Origin: Fistulifera solaris
Taxonomy: Eukaryota
Length of the DNA stretch: 64,000 nt
NCBI GenBank assembly: GCA_030295235.1
Contig: AP026135.1
Span: 682,001-746,000, forward strand
Reading direction: 5' to 3'
Of the stretch, positions 1 to 12,548 are shown piece by piece. The position numbers and the translations under genes were made by a program. Under the pieces are notes generated by a model. That model was not told the DNA's origin. It worked only from the letters and a program-made list of their open reading frames with translations, and did not search any database. How positions within the stretch are numbered: the first letter of the stretch is position 1; the number at the start of each line of letters is the position of its first letter.

Positions 1-295
1 CCCTCCACCACGCAGGACGCGCCACGTGACCCCCGAATTCTCAGAACAACCGCAACCTGGGACTCGGTCTATCTGATTTCCGTTGTTTATAACGGTACGA
101 TGTTCAAGTCGCCGAAAATATTAAACACAATTCCTGTTCATGGCCCGGCGGGCAGGGAAGTTGTGAAGGAAACTTGAATTTTGAAACCGGACCATCACCG
201 CTCACCCGCGCTAATTTTCTACTCTGCTCGCGGCGCCCAAGAAACAGCCACCACCAAACAATACTGTCATACTTCTCGTTTTCGTTTCACGATTC

Positions 296-1784
296 ATGTA
301 AGTGATGTTCGTTCTTCTTTGTGTGAAAAGCCCCCTGACTTCTTTTGCTTCTCGTAAAACTAACTAATCAATGTGTCGTTGTATTGTTATTCGTCCCCGC
401 AGGGCTGAACTTTTATCGGACGAAGTCCAATTGGGCTATGCGCTCGAAGCTTTCGCGTATGCGCATCAAATGGGTGTAGGATGGGCCACTTCCAAACTCG
501 TGTATTTGAAAAATTCCGGCATTAACAATCTCAGTGAACTATCGCTCGGTTGTAAAGAAGATACATTGAATTTAGATCTCGAATTATTCGGTGTACCACC
601 GGAGGAACTCTTTAGCGCCAAAACACTTCAACGCCTCAATGGCTTTTTTACCGGGTCCGGTGGGCATTCGATGCTTTCGTTTGGCTCAGAAAGCCGCACA
701 AAAGGTAAAGAAAGGAACTGCCGATACAGAATATGTGCATCGCCCGGAAAATGGCAAAATTGGGGAAGAAGTCTGGTTGACTCCGTCGAATGAAGAATGG
801 GTCTTGCGCGTCGACTGCGCCGGCTTTGTCCGCAACTGCCTCAAGCACGTGACGAAAGATCCCTTTGTCATGTCACTTAGTGACCGGGATTTCATGCGCG
901 CCAAGGATTTCTTCACATTCTTCTCCAGTACACCCCATACCGTCATGGACACGGAAGTTATGCCCGAAACGGATCGACGTATGAAATGGCGACAGTTCAC
1001 CGATTTGCGACTCGTCATTCCGGGGGATGTCATCTGTTATCGACCGAAAGGCAATGCAGCCGGGGGTGCCGCCTTTACTTCAAATGATCGAAAGGATCTC
1101 AAGCGGCTATTGAAAGCGGTCAAAACGGCCCAGCTCTGGCATGCAGAAGGGGGGAGCTGGACGAATATGGTAACGCGAAATGTCGCCAAAGACCCCGTGG
1201 TCAAGACGTGGGTCACAAAAGTCAAAACAAAATTAAACGCCATCGATATTCACACCGTCAAACAACTGCATCGGAATCTCGATTCAATTAACAGTAAGCT
1301 CACCTCCCTGGATTACCCCGCTCTGAGTCAAGATACGTTGGATTTGATCCGAGAATGTTGCGAAAGTACTACAGTCAATACTGGGCATATTGTGTTTGCC
1401 GCCGGACCGGCGGTACGGCTAGACGACGATGGTTTGTATCGTATTCGGGTAGTGCACTCGACCAAGTATGGGATTGTGGGGAAGGACGGTCAAAAGACAC
1501 AGGGAGTTCAGGAATATTATCGACGATTCCAGCTTTTACCGAACGGTCGCTGGACGCGACATAAGGAAGTGACCGTAAAGAAGGAAGTCAAAGTAGTCAA
1601 CACGTATGAGAGTGATGGCGAAGATCCCTTTGATGACATGGAAGATGATCCGGAAGACAATGAAGGGAGCGGCAGCGGCACGGAAACGGAAACCGATACG
1701 CCTTCCAATGGTGAAGCGGAGCCAAACGACGATTTATCGGATAAAGACATGGTGGAAGTGATTGTGGCCCGTATGTGTTTTTGA
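296..1784 (+). CDS. NlpC/P60-like (papain-fold) cysteine peptidase/amidase-like protein; intron 298-402; probable homopolymer frameshift near 644-649
   Basis: AT(296-297)|GTAAGT...CCCCGCAG|G rebuilds ATG, giving MAELLSDE in the frame of ORF 371-793. One-base shift in the T run joins it to ORF 591-1784 (...NGF/LPGPVGIRC). Motifs VDCAGFV, IPGDVICY, TGHIVF, VVHST are in NlpC/P60 order. Confidence 0.6.
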
Positions 1785-1958
1785 TTAGTGGTTTCCACTG
1801 AATCATGTCCTGTGTCGTAGACGGAACGAGACATTACCTTAGTAGCTTTTGCAGCATAGAATAGCATAACTATTAGGCCAAACATATCAATTGCTAATTA
1901 GATTTCATTCCTTTAACTCGATTAGGGTCAAACTTGCGTTTTTAGAATTTTAAGATTA

Positions 1959-3419
1959 CTATTCGAATAACCCGGCAGCTTTTCCTCGCGGAACACGACT
2001 GGCCGAGGCCGCTGTTACCGAGACTGGTTTGTTCGATCGCAAAGACGATACAAGTTTTTGTAAACTCCCAAATCCTTCAACAACTTTGCCGACGCAAACA
2101 TCGAATTTCCGATCGGCGGAATTATCTTGCAAGTTGATGAATAGACTAAGACCGCCGGCGTCGTTTTCGGCCAATCCAACGGTCCAAGCTTCATGTTTTT
2201 CCGACGCTGTTTCCACAAAATCCAGAGGTGCAGTAGGCTCTGGTGGGAGAGCCGTCAGCGTCGCGCCGTTTGGGGCTAACACAAATTGACTGCCGGTCCA
2301 TTTCCCGGATCGTATCTGGTCAATGAGAGTCCAGGCGGCGTGCGGTGTATCATACCATAAACTGATCGATATTCGCTCCGTATCTTTCCCTATGTTGATA
2401 TCAAAGGACACTTGCACAGGTCCCTCTCCAAATGTTCCAACAATGGAACTCCTCGCCACTTGTTGAAGCTTTGTCTGCAAACCCTTGAGCTCGTGTTGCA
2501 ATTCTTCTTCCATCTGGTACAATTGTTGTGTCTGTACGTGTATCAACTTGGCGTCGACGGGTTCATCGTTGTTATTGTTATTGGGTCGATTGACGTTCTG
2601 AATGACGGTTCCGTCACTGAGTCTCCCGAGTACCTCATGCAACTGCATAGATTTTCGTTCTAATCCCTGTAAATGCAACATAATGATGCTTTCATCATGC
2701 TTGAGTTTCTCAAACTGCTCGGACGTGATTATCGCGCGGTGGTACGACTCCCACACAAGACATGTCACAATTAAGAGCACCAAAGTCTGTATCCATTGAG
2801 AAGAACCGTTGGGCGAGGGCGTTTTCCATAAACACCGTGGAGCGGGGGGTTTGTCGTGTGGATACGATGCCGGAGGCATCCATTCTCGTTCATTGGATGC
2901 GACGCTTCCATCATCCATACTCCCATTCGAGATGGCTCGTTTGCCTGGTCGGGAACGTAATAAAGGTCCATCGGCGGTCTTCGTAGGTTTGCTGGCATTC
3001 CTCCAGGATGCGGCGGTGCCGATAGCGCTACTGACGAGTCCCGACGACATGCTCCGAACGCGATTAGGTGCACCGCGATTGTGATTTGATGATGATGATG
3101 ATGAAGTGGGTAGTAAATCGCCTCTACCGGACTCGGCCGCGCGAAAAGTAGTAGCCGTAGACGATCGTTTGGGGACGCTCGGGGGCGAATCGGATAGTCG
3201 GAGATTAGAAATCATTTCGGATTGCGGTCGACTGTTGACCATGGTATTATAGGTTGTTGAATAGCTACTAAAATTCCGTGGGGGTGGGGCTGATGGGGGA
3301 GCATTTTGTAGTTGTTGTGAAGAGGGAAACGATGGAGTGCTGCCGAATGGGTTCGACGTTGACTCCCTTGTAGCGCTCCCCAGGTAGGATTGGCTTTGCG
3401 AGCTTGCAACTCTCGGCAT
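1959..3419 (-). CDS. Single-pass membrane protein: low-complexity N-terminus, TM, coiled coil, C-terminal cyclophilin-like domain
   Basis: 486-aa ORF; TM WIQTLVLLIVTCLVW; GEGPVQV, TPHAAWTL, LFINLQDN, CVGKVVEGF resemble a divergent cyclophilin fold; same layout as 11252-12548. Confidence 0.65.
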   Translation of the reverse strand: MPRVASSQSQSYLGSATRESTSNPFGSTPSFPSSQQLQNAPPSAPPPRNFSSYSTTYNTMVNSRPQSEMISNLRLSDSPPSVPKRSSTATTFRAAESGRGDLLPTSSSSSSNHNRGAPNRVRSMSSGLVSSAIGTAASWRNASKPTKTADGPLLRSRPGKRAISNGSMDDGSVASNEREWMPPASYPHDKPPAPRCLWKTPSPNGSSQWIQTLVLLIVTCLVWESYHRAIITSEQFEKLKHDESIIMLHLQGLERKSMQLHEVLGRLSDGTVIQNVNRPNNNNNDEPVDAKLIHVQTQQLYQMEEELQHELKGLQTKLQQVARSSIVGTFGEGPVQVSFDINIGKDTERISISLWYDTPHAAWTLIDQIRSGKWTGSQFVLAPNGATLTALPPEPTAPLDFVETASEKHEAWTVGLAENDAGGLSLFINLQDNSADRKFDVCVGKVVEGFGSLQKLVSSLRSNKPVSVTAASASRVPRGKAAGLFE

Positions 3420-3818
3420 CTTTGTTGCTCTACGCCTTTATCTTCCAGTTATTTATAAGTGATTGCGACCAAGATGACAGCGCCATGGAGTCTTCTTCCT
3501 CAACAGCGCGTCCGCATGAAAAGAAAACCAAAAAAGCAAACCATCGCAAGGCAAAGAGAATCCATCTATAGCCTTAAAAGTACTTACGACGCCTCTCTTG
3601 GGCGCCTCTCGCATCGTCAAAGCACTGTTTCTTCTAGTCATTGATGGCCACCGGTCATTCGCGGTCAAAGCGTATTGGATACCGCCTACATAAAAGCAGC
3701 GAATAAAGCAACAGAAGTCATGGCAAAAGTCATTTACTGTCAAAGGACAGCTAGATATCCCGAACACTTTCCGGATCGTGAGATATGTCGAACTAGGTGT
3801 CGATGCTCATTCTTCGCC

Positions 3819-6170
3819 TTAGAATCCTGCAAACAAATCTTGCTCGGCCTTGGTCAAGCATCGATCATTGTCTTTTTCATGTTCTGTCTCTTGAAAATTG
3901 TCAAAATTCTCAAAATCGTCTTTCACTTTTGGAACCCAGGGCGCCCCTCTCTCTTTGCGGCGGATCGATGGAAACAAAATTTTCGAATCCTTAAACCAGA
4001 CATGACGCTTAATGTCCACAACACCATTCTTCATGTTACCGAGCCGATTGGAGGAGTTGCGTATCAACAACTTCTGGATGAGATCCTTTTGTGACTCGTG
4101 AACGTAATCAGGAATAGAATAGTGCCCTAAGACGATTCGCTTGAACAAATCAATCTGGCTACTGCCTCGCAAATAAAACGGCGATCGTCCCACCACGAGT
4201 TCGTATGAAAGCACTCCAAGGGACCAATAGTCCACTGCTTTGTCGTATCCCTTTGACATGATGATCTCGGGGGCAAGATACTCGGGTGTGCCGACCAATG
4301 TAAAAGTCTTGTTTTCCACCACCTTGGCAAAACCCAGATCGACAATTTTGCAGTACCCTTCTTCGTCAATCAGCACATTTTCAAGCTTCAGATCGCGATA
4401 AGCAATCTGGCGTTCGTGAAAGTGGGCAAGTCCTTCCACTATGCAAGCAGCATAGAAAGCAGCACTGTTGTTCGGTAGGCCACGGCTCTCGGATCGTTGA
4501 TGACGGACCACGTTGTACAGTTCACCCCCGGAATGACGGGCAGTACAAGATACACTTTGTTCAGATCCTGAAAGCAGGCCACAAGATGTAAAAGAAACGG
4601 GTGTTCCAGTAAAGAAAGGAAATTCTTTTCTCGCTCCAAATACTTCAGTTGCTGCAAATCCAGAATTTTGATTTTACTCAGTTCTTTCAACGCAAAAAAT
4701 TCGTTGGTTGAGTTATGGCTGACTAGCCACACTTTTCCAAAAGCCCCTTTTCCTAGCACCTTTCGCTTTGTCAAGTTTTTCAAGCAAATGTCTGAATAGG
4801 GGGTAGAAATCACGTCTAGTAACCTTGCAGCTTGACCCAGACGCTCAACGTCACCGAGAACAGCCTCTATATCTTGTCGCGTCAAAACCCATGCCGTAAG
4901 ATCTTCTTCACAAACCGCTGTATGAGAACTGATATGGCCTGGATCCCCTCTAACTGATTTCTCACCAAAATGGTCGCCACTTTGAAAGTTGTAAATGGTT
5001 CCTTCGTTCTTTACACTGAAAACCAGAAGCTTTCCGTGTCGGATAATCCACAACTGCATCGGATATGGCTTGCCTGCTTCTACTAACTTATCACCCTGTC
5101 GAAAACCTTGTTCTTTCATCAGATCAACAATTTTAGATAGCTCCTCATCGGAAATACATCCTTTGGCAAAGAGTGCAATACCTCGTAAGACCTTCTTTCT
5201 CATTTCCCGCTCCATCATTATGCGCAACGAACCCAGCACACTTTCAAACGTCGTGCGGTCCATAGCCAATGTTGTTACATTCGTTAAGGCAGTAACATTA
5301 GCAGCGCGCACTTCCCCCGTCAGCAGCGCCCGCTCTCCAAACCAATCACCTGGACCTAAAATTTGATCTTCAAAGTGCGACTGCCCCAAACCGATTTCAT
5401 GAACCTTGACTTTCCCATTTTGGACTATATAAAAGACTTTCCCCTCGTCTCCTTTCTGAACAATGCGATCCCCTTTGTTCCACTGCACCCGAATCAATGA
5501 ATTGGTAAAACGATTGAGCTCATAATCATTTAAATCACGGAACAGACTAATCGACCGCAGCAATTGCTTGACGGTTACGTGCTGATGCTGTGCACGATGA
5601 GCGACTAAAGACCGAAAGGTCTTTTGATCGACTTTCCAAACATGAACCTGTGGGCTGGCGGCGATGCAGGATACTGCCCGGGGGCAGTTGTAAAGTAACG
5701 CCAACTCTCCAAAGTATCCCATTGTCCCGCAGTGACCTACAATCCCTTTTCCATCTGAAACAAAATTCACTTTACCGTTTTCCACAATGTAAAAATAATC
5801 GCCTGTATCGCCTTGCCGTACAATAACATCATCTTGCGAGAAGATCTGGCTCTGCATCGCATCTATTAGATCGTTGGCTTCGTCGTCACTGAGATCACGA
5901 AAGAGAAAGTTTTCTCGCAGAGCTTTGCGTAAGAATGCTTTTTGTTGGTCCGTTTTCGGGTATTTTGGTAGCAGCAAAGAAGGTTCTGTCACGTCAAACG
6001 AAGGAGAAATAATATTTCTCCTTAGCATAGCGGCGTTCTCATGGTCTTCTTCCGTCCATAGGAACAAATCATCTCGGTCGCCGTCTGGCTGATCCGAAAG
6101 GCGATTTTTCTGATTTAAAATAGCAACTTGATCCTCGACGAAACGGATTTTTTCTCTTTTGGCGAATCAT
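3819..6170 (-). CDS. cGMP/cyclic-nucleotide-dependent protein kinase (PKG-like), three cNMP-binding domains + AGC kinase; frameshift near 4525
   Basis: FGELALLYNCPRA, FGERALLTGEVRAA, third degenerate CNB; GKGAFGKV, YRDLKLEN, DLG, GTPEYLAPE. One extra G in the run at ~4525 restores IPGGELY. The start at ATG 6170 is tentative (needs another A-run indel); ORF track starts at 6067. Confidence 0.9.
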
Positions 6171-6646
6171 AGTGTCCGCAGCAATTGTCGCAGCCACGCA
6201 ATCTGTATCTTGCTAAAGGTAAAAGATTGTGTGTCGACAAAAAGTGAGACCCGATGCCTTGTGGTGATAACTATTTCTACTGGTAACTCACCAGAGCTCC
6301 ATACTTATTTTCTTCTTCCCCTTCTCCGCAGCACAATGAAAATAGACGTAACATCTATGCTCGTATTAACTTGTTTGGAAAAGTGCAAGAGTAAAAAAAT
6401 AGCAATAGACTCGATTTATTATTGCGAAGAAAATAATAAAATCCACATTCGGGACTGGACTTGTTTTGAGTCGGCATCTCGTTTTTGCTATACTTTACAA
6501 GGTAGTAAATGTTGGTGGGGTTTTTCGTTAAGGTATTGATATGTTGTTGACCCCTCTTTCTACAAGATTATCATTTGGAAGCCAATGACAGAGCTTATTC
6601 GTATTGAAAGACAAAGAGAAAGCGATAATTGAAATCAAATTATCGA

Positions 6647-6949
6647 AAAGAGGAGAATTCCAATTCTTCGAAAGTCTACGTGTATTTCACGTAGCCCCCC
6701 GTACAGAAATTGACCGACTAATGGGGTACCCGGATGATTTTCAAACGTGACCGCACCAATTTTGGGGTCTGTTTTGCGTCAAGCATCTTTCTCATCAAGA
6801 GTACGATAATAATATCGTATGGAGAGCCCTAAGCAGTCAATTATTCATGCTAAAAGATAAAGAGGAAAAATCCAAAGCTTTTCGAAAGTCTACGTGGTTT
6901 TCACTTAGCCGCCGTAGGGAAATTGATTGACGTTGGAGGTACCAGGATG
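6647..6949. repeat. Diverged ~90-bp direct duplication in a divergent intergenic region
   Basis: AAAGAGGA..TTCGAAAGTCTACGTG..TTTCAC.TAGCC.CCGTA..GAAATTGA..GAC....GGTACC.GGATG occurs at ~6647-6736 and ~6859-6949. Confidence 0.8.
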
Positions 6950-7110
6950 CCTTTTGGGTACCGGTAGTCTTGTGACTATATTTCGGTCACGAGTTAGAAG
7001 GTTTTCTCATCGCCTTTTCTTCGATCCGAAATCCGAACCTCCATGATCATGATCTTTCTCCATTTAATCCAAAAGACGACCTATCCATCCCTACTCGTCA
7101 TCTTTTCACC

Positions 7111-9505
7111 ATGAAAGTAGGTAATCATACTTTTGAGTCGTCCGACGAGGGCTCTTGGAATGGAAAACCGAAAGATGTACGCTTCGCGCAAGTTCCTGAA
7201 ACGCCTCTCTCGGTGCGCAGTTTGTTGTCGTGTACGGGCAATAGTGAGACTGGTAGCCTCACCTATGGATCACAACATCAGCTGCCGCGTCTTCCGATTC
7301 CCACTCTTCCGGAAACATTGCACAAGCTACAGAATGTCGTTTTGAAAGCATTATTGACCGAAGACGAAATGCAGCAAGTCGAACAGGATATTCAAGATTT
7401 TCAAAATGGTCTCGGTCCTGCTTTACAAGAGGCACTCATTGATTACGACGAGGAAAGTGCCGCTTCGGGAGAGATTGGGAGTTACGTAGAGGAATTCTGG
7501 AATGAATCGTATTTGGCGTACGATGCTTCCGTCGTTTTGAATCTGAATCCCTACTTTGTCCTCGAAGACGGTCCCGATCCGAAGGTAGCGCACGATCAGT
7601 TGAAACGAGCGGCTAGTCTGTGCTTTGCGGCATCAAAAGTCGCCAGTGCTTTACGAAACGAAACGTTGGAACCGGACACGATCAAGGGGAAACCCTTGTG
7701 TATGGATCAATTCAAAGTGTTGTTTGGTGCTAGTCGTCAGCCCAGCAGCAATCAAAATGATGATGTTCACGTTTATAGTGATAGTTGTCACGGTACGTGT
7801 ATTGGGGCTTTTCTGAGCATCGTTTGATATTGCCTTACGTCTCACCATGCTTTCTTTCGTTTAAGTGGCGGTTTTGTGTAATAATCAGTTCTATTATTTT
7901 CCGGTGCTTTGGCCCATGTCCGGAAATGTAGCAGTCGATGAAGGGGACATATTAGAAATCTTACGCGCCATAGAGCGGCATGCTATGGAGACTAGCCCTG
8001 AAGAGGCGAGTAAAGAAGCGCTCGGCGTATTTACGAGTCTACCACGAGCCCAGTGGGCTGCTGCTCGTCAGGGTCTAATTGAAACTTCCGAAGCAAATGA
8101 GAATGCTTTGACATTAATTGATTCGGCTCTCTTTGTACTAGTTCTAGACAGCTATGCACCGCAAACCATACACGAAGCAGCGGCAAATATGCTTCATGGA
8201 ACCAATCAACTGGCATCCGGGGAAACAGCGCAAATCGGCACTTGCCTAAATCGATGGTATGACAAGTTGCAGATCATTATCTTAGCCGACGGCACCAGTG
8301 GAATCAACTTTGAGCACTCTTCCATTGATGGTCACACGGCTCTTCGCTTTGTCTCGGACGTTTTCGCCGAAACTGTGATTTCCTTTGCTGAGAGTATAGT
8401 TGACGTCATTCACGGTCGTGGGCGTATTCAACATGTCGTCGACGCTATAGTTGATCGGGCAGCTGTGTACGCTGATGAGACGAATCGACCTGTCCTCGGT
8501 GTTGCGCCAAAAAAGATCATATTTCAAATGACAGATCAACTTAGGAAACGAATCTACTTTGCTGAAACCGCACTTTGTGACGAACTTAGTGCGAGTGACA
8601 CCTACGTTCTGGAGTTCAAAGACTATGGAAAATCACTCATTGTTGGAAACAAAATGTCACCAGATTCATTCGTACAAATGAGCATACTTCTCGCATACTA
8701 CAAACTGTATGGAAAGGTCGTTTGTATGTACGAACCCGTGCTAACAAAAGCATTCTACCATGGTCGAACCGAAGCCATGAGAAGTGCAACGCCCCTTGCG
8801 AAAGTCTTTTGCGAGGTATGGTGTAATCCGGAGTCGACCAAAGAACAAAAGCTGAGTGCCCTTCGAGCTGCAGTAAACGAGCATTCCAATCTTGTGAAAG
8901 AAAGCGCAGCAGGAAAGGGTGTTGACCGCCACCTTTATAGCTTGAAATGCATTGCTAAACGGAGTGGTCTTGCCATGCCTGCTTTCTTTGAAAGCATCGG
9001 ATGGAAAACTCTAAACCATACGGTCCTTTCTACTTCCAATTGTGGCAACCCATCGCTCCGTTTATTCGGCTTCGGCCCTGTTGTTGCGGATGGCTTTGGA
9101 GTTGGGTACATCATCAAAGACCAGGGGTTGACTTATTCTGTATCGAGCAAACATCGGCAAACTCAGCGTTACGTGCGATCTCTTGCGACCACCTTAAAGG
9201 AAATACAAATTCTGCTTCGCCCGCTTTCGATTATCCAAGTTCACAAAAAGCGAACGAATTTGGCTGATATAACAGATTCTTTCAAGGATGGAACCCGTAC
9301 ACTGGCGCGTCAAGAATCGTCTGCGATTTCGGAGTATCCAGACATCTGGGGTGAGAGGAGCGCCCCATCCACTTATCAGAAAGCCGACGACACTCCAGCC
9401 TCTGCGCCACCAAAAAGTAAGCCGTTTTTCTCCGTCGTTTCAAGGCAACACAGTTTCGATCTGCTTAGCAAGATCGATCGACATAACAGTCTTGTCGATC
9501 TTTGA
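7111..9505 (+). CDS. Choline/carnitine O-acyltransferase; intron 7793-7865
   Basis: LPRLPIPTLPETL, NRWYDKLQ, catalytic FEHSSIDG, YEPVLTKAFYHGRTE, GVDRHL, LSTSN, GFGPVVADGFGVGY. GTACGT...TTAAG splice joins the two ORFs in frame (SCH/VAVLC). Confidence 0.93.
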
Positions 9506-9673
9506 AATTTTGTTACGAAGCAGATAGATAGTATGAGAGGACTCCGAGCACATTCGTTACTTCTTGTTGGGTCGGCAGTGATTTAGCTTCTGAAAGTACG
9601 AAAGGGAATAGAAGTAAAAAGATGCTAAATTTTGTACACGATCATGGTAATTTAACGTGGTTAACTTCCACGA

Positions 9674-10552
9674 CTAGCGAAAGGTTTGTGTTGAAATCAT
9701 CGCCACAGAGCGCGGCGACGTTGAAGACGACGCTCCTCGGAGTGATTTCGTACTTGACTGTTCTGATTTTGATGTTGATGGTTCCCACTTCTCCTCCGAT
9801 AAAACTACTTGGTACAATGCACTTTGAACATTTGCCACATGGTCAAGGTCTTGTGGGTGCAGAACTTTCGAGTTGATATGGCGAATGAAACGAACAAGCT
9901 TTGTGTCAAGACCCAGTGTTTCGAGCGCGTTGCTAATCGACGCGGAAGCAATAGTTGACATAGGGACCACGAGGAATCGGTTGTCGACCACTGAGAGGTC
10001 AATCTGAAAGCTGCAAAGTTTCTCGACTTTACAACGAACATCTGCTGGCATAACATTGGATGGAACAAGCTGAAGAAGTGTTCGTACGAATGAGTGTGCT
10101 GAAGGAGGATTCAACCGCCAACCAAGGGCAGCGACGAAAGTGGATTCCATTTGTACGATCTCCTCGGGACTGTAGAGCCCCCGACTTAGTCTTGACACCA
10201 GTTGAGGGTCCATAGCTGCTGGTTCGTGTATTTTTACGGCTGTGTAAAGGGCTGCCAAACTTGTCAGTTGGTATTCAGCGCGATCGGATCGAACACTTGC
10301 TCCAGATGGGGTGAGCATGAAGCGATCCAACAGATTGAGCGTAATCTCAACTGTTTCGTGGCTAAAGTTACAGATACCCGCCACCTCAAAACACCATGCA
10401 GCTATCTTTTCCCGGCAATCCGCATCAACTATGTTGCGATGCATGGGAAAATTCTGATTTTGCATCTCAACTTGATAAAGCCAGTCCCTTTGCCCGTAAA
10501 CGGACGTTTCTTGACGGCGCATTGCGAGTATTGTTTCTGCAATTCCTTCCAT
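9674..10552 (-). CDS. Cyclin (diatom-specific cyclin type)
   Basis: Cyclin box DCREKIAAWCF..ETVEITLNLLDRF..YQLTSLAALYTAVKIHE..ME..AALGWRLNPP; likely start MEGIAETILAMRRQE at 10552. Confidence 0.9.
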   Translation of the reverse strand: MEGIAETILAMRRQETSVYGQRDWLYQVEMQNQNFPMHRNIVDADCREKIAAWCFEVAGICNFSHETVEITLNLLDRFMLTPSGASVRSDRAEYQLTSLAALYTAVKIHEPAAMDPQLVSRLSRGLYSPEEIVQMESTFVAALGWRLNPPSAHSFVRTLLQLVPSNVMPADVRCKVEKLCSFQIDLSVVDNRFLVVPMSTIASASISNALETLGLDTKLVRFIRHINSKVLHPQDLDHVANVQSALYQVVLSEEKWEPSTSKSEQSSTKSLRGASSSTSPRSVAMISTQTFR

Positions 10553-11251
10553 TGCAATTCTTTTCTTTCTCAGATGCTCACTTTCGTGAAACTTTAGATC
10601 CGAGATCAAGATCTATTGTATTGGAAATGTGTTTTCGTTTGTCAAAAGAGGATTTTCTTTCAGAAAGTGAGAAACGCAAAACAAAGACTACTTTTGCCCC
10701 ACAAGGTCCTTGAGATTTGTAATCTGAATTCTGAATTGTGTTTTGTGTACTGTCGTGTTTCTTGTTGGGGAGCATTACGTGAGCTAAGATCTCAGATAAA
10801 AACCAACTACATCCTACATTATATAGGGATAAGTCATGTTCGGTTAGTACACTACATCGTTTTAATGTCCTTAATCCCATGATGACCAATGACCGATGAC
10901 CGACTACGGCTCCGTACATTAATGTAGTGACGGTCCACGACCTCCCGAAATGACACCGGACACCGATCACTTTATTACTCGTTGACATTTCTGTGAACTG
11001 TGTTCTCGAGAGCCGGTTTCAAAGTCGAGTCCAAGTCGTAAAACGGAAAGCCGAATGGGAAAGCTTGAATCGCGAACGGCCCCCTCTTGGCAGGCACTCG
11101 GAATAGCTAGAGACTCTCTTGCTAGACTAAACAAATGGGTCGAACAGGCTTAAAAGTGCCGCCGTTGGGTTGGCTGGCATCGCCTATTCTTGTTGTTTTG
11201 AGAGAGTTGGACAAACTATCTTACATTGGAGTTCTGGAACCTAAACTATTA

Positions 11252-12548
11252 TCAGTTATCATTACTTTTGCTGTTGTCGATTAGCTGAACGGAGATTATG
11301 TGGGTCCAAGATCGTTGGGCTTCTGACCATGATTCGACTTCTGGTTCAACAAGCTGCTCAGTTCCAACAACAACTTGCTCCGTCTCTAAATGACGCTTTC
11401 TGCCCAGGTCTACAATAGCATCGACCACTTCGAATCCCTCTATTACTTTGCCAAAACATGGATCAGCGTCTTCTGGTAGCAAGTGATGTCGTTGTGATCC
11501 AGGTCCATGTACATAGCTATTGTCAATCGTGTTGATGTAGAATGTGGGACCTTGTCCGGAAAAGCCTAGCGTATATTTGTTATGCTTGTACTCCTTTGAC
11601 TGCTCTGGGAATCCCAAGCTGGCCCAGCCCAATGAATAAAAGTGGCTGTGTTTGACCTTTTGCGTATAGTAATCAATGGGTGCGGTAGCCATGACATGAT
11701 TCATATGATGCAGAAACACGGTATCATCCCACGTATGAGATGTCACCAAGTCCAAGAAGAAATACACTGTATGTGGGAGCTTGTCTACCGGGTATAGTTC
11801 GACCACGAAGCTCCTCGTATCGCCGGCTGCCAATTCTGCTGTGAACTTGACATGGTGTGGACCAGGACCAAATCTGTTTTTGTTATAATAATGAATGAGA
11901 ATCACCGGAACGCCATTACATTCAATGAAAAGAAAAAGAGACGTACCTTTCTAGGACCGCCAGTCGGCTGATATGTTGCAGATGCTCGCTGAGAGCATCG
12001 ACTTGACGTTGTAGTCCTCCTCGTCGATGGAGCAGCCACTCATCGACCAATTGCTTCGATGGCTTATCGGGTAACGGAAACATGTGCACATGGGCTTCTG
12101 CTAACTCGTGCATGACGGATCGCTCGTGCTCCAGAGCATCTTTGGTTTTGATCCATTTTCGCAAAAGTGCCTGTTTTTGCTTGGACTCCCATTTGACTTG
12201 ATCCAACGTTTCGAACAGTTGCTCATAATGCAGTTTATTTTGTTCCAATTGATTTTGCAGTTCGTTCCATGCTATCGACGTGTGTTGTGTAATAAGGAGA
12301 GCCGTCAGCAACCAGGAACACAAAATGAAAGCGCCGTAGCATGTTACATTGGTAATCTGCTGTCGTTCCCGGATTTCACATGATGCATTCGTAGGACTCG
12401 TATTGGGTGAAAGTCCTTCGACCCAATCGTCATTCGAATGGAGAGGACTGGCGGGCTCGTCACCGCCGTACGGCAGAAGCGAAGAGGATCGCTGCTTCGT
12501 CGAGACACGAGGTCTTGGCTTCCACCATTCTTGCGATGCGACATCCAT
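11252..12548 (-). CDS. Single-pass membrane protein with coiled coil and C-terminal cyclophilin-like domain; intron 11874-11946
   Basis: GTACGT...AAAACAG splice gives LER/FGPGPHHV; LPHTVYFFL, FPEQS, TLGFSGQGPTFYINTIDN, DPCFGKVIEGFEVV. Confidence 0.75.

Noticed and set aside
11070..11170. Possible multi-stem RNA (AACGGC/GCCGTT, GGCACT/AGTGCC)
   Set aside because: Short stems only, no family motif; probably 3' UTR of the neighbouring gene.
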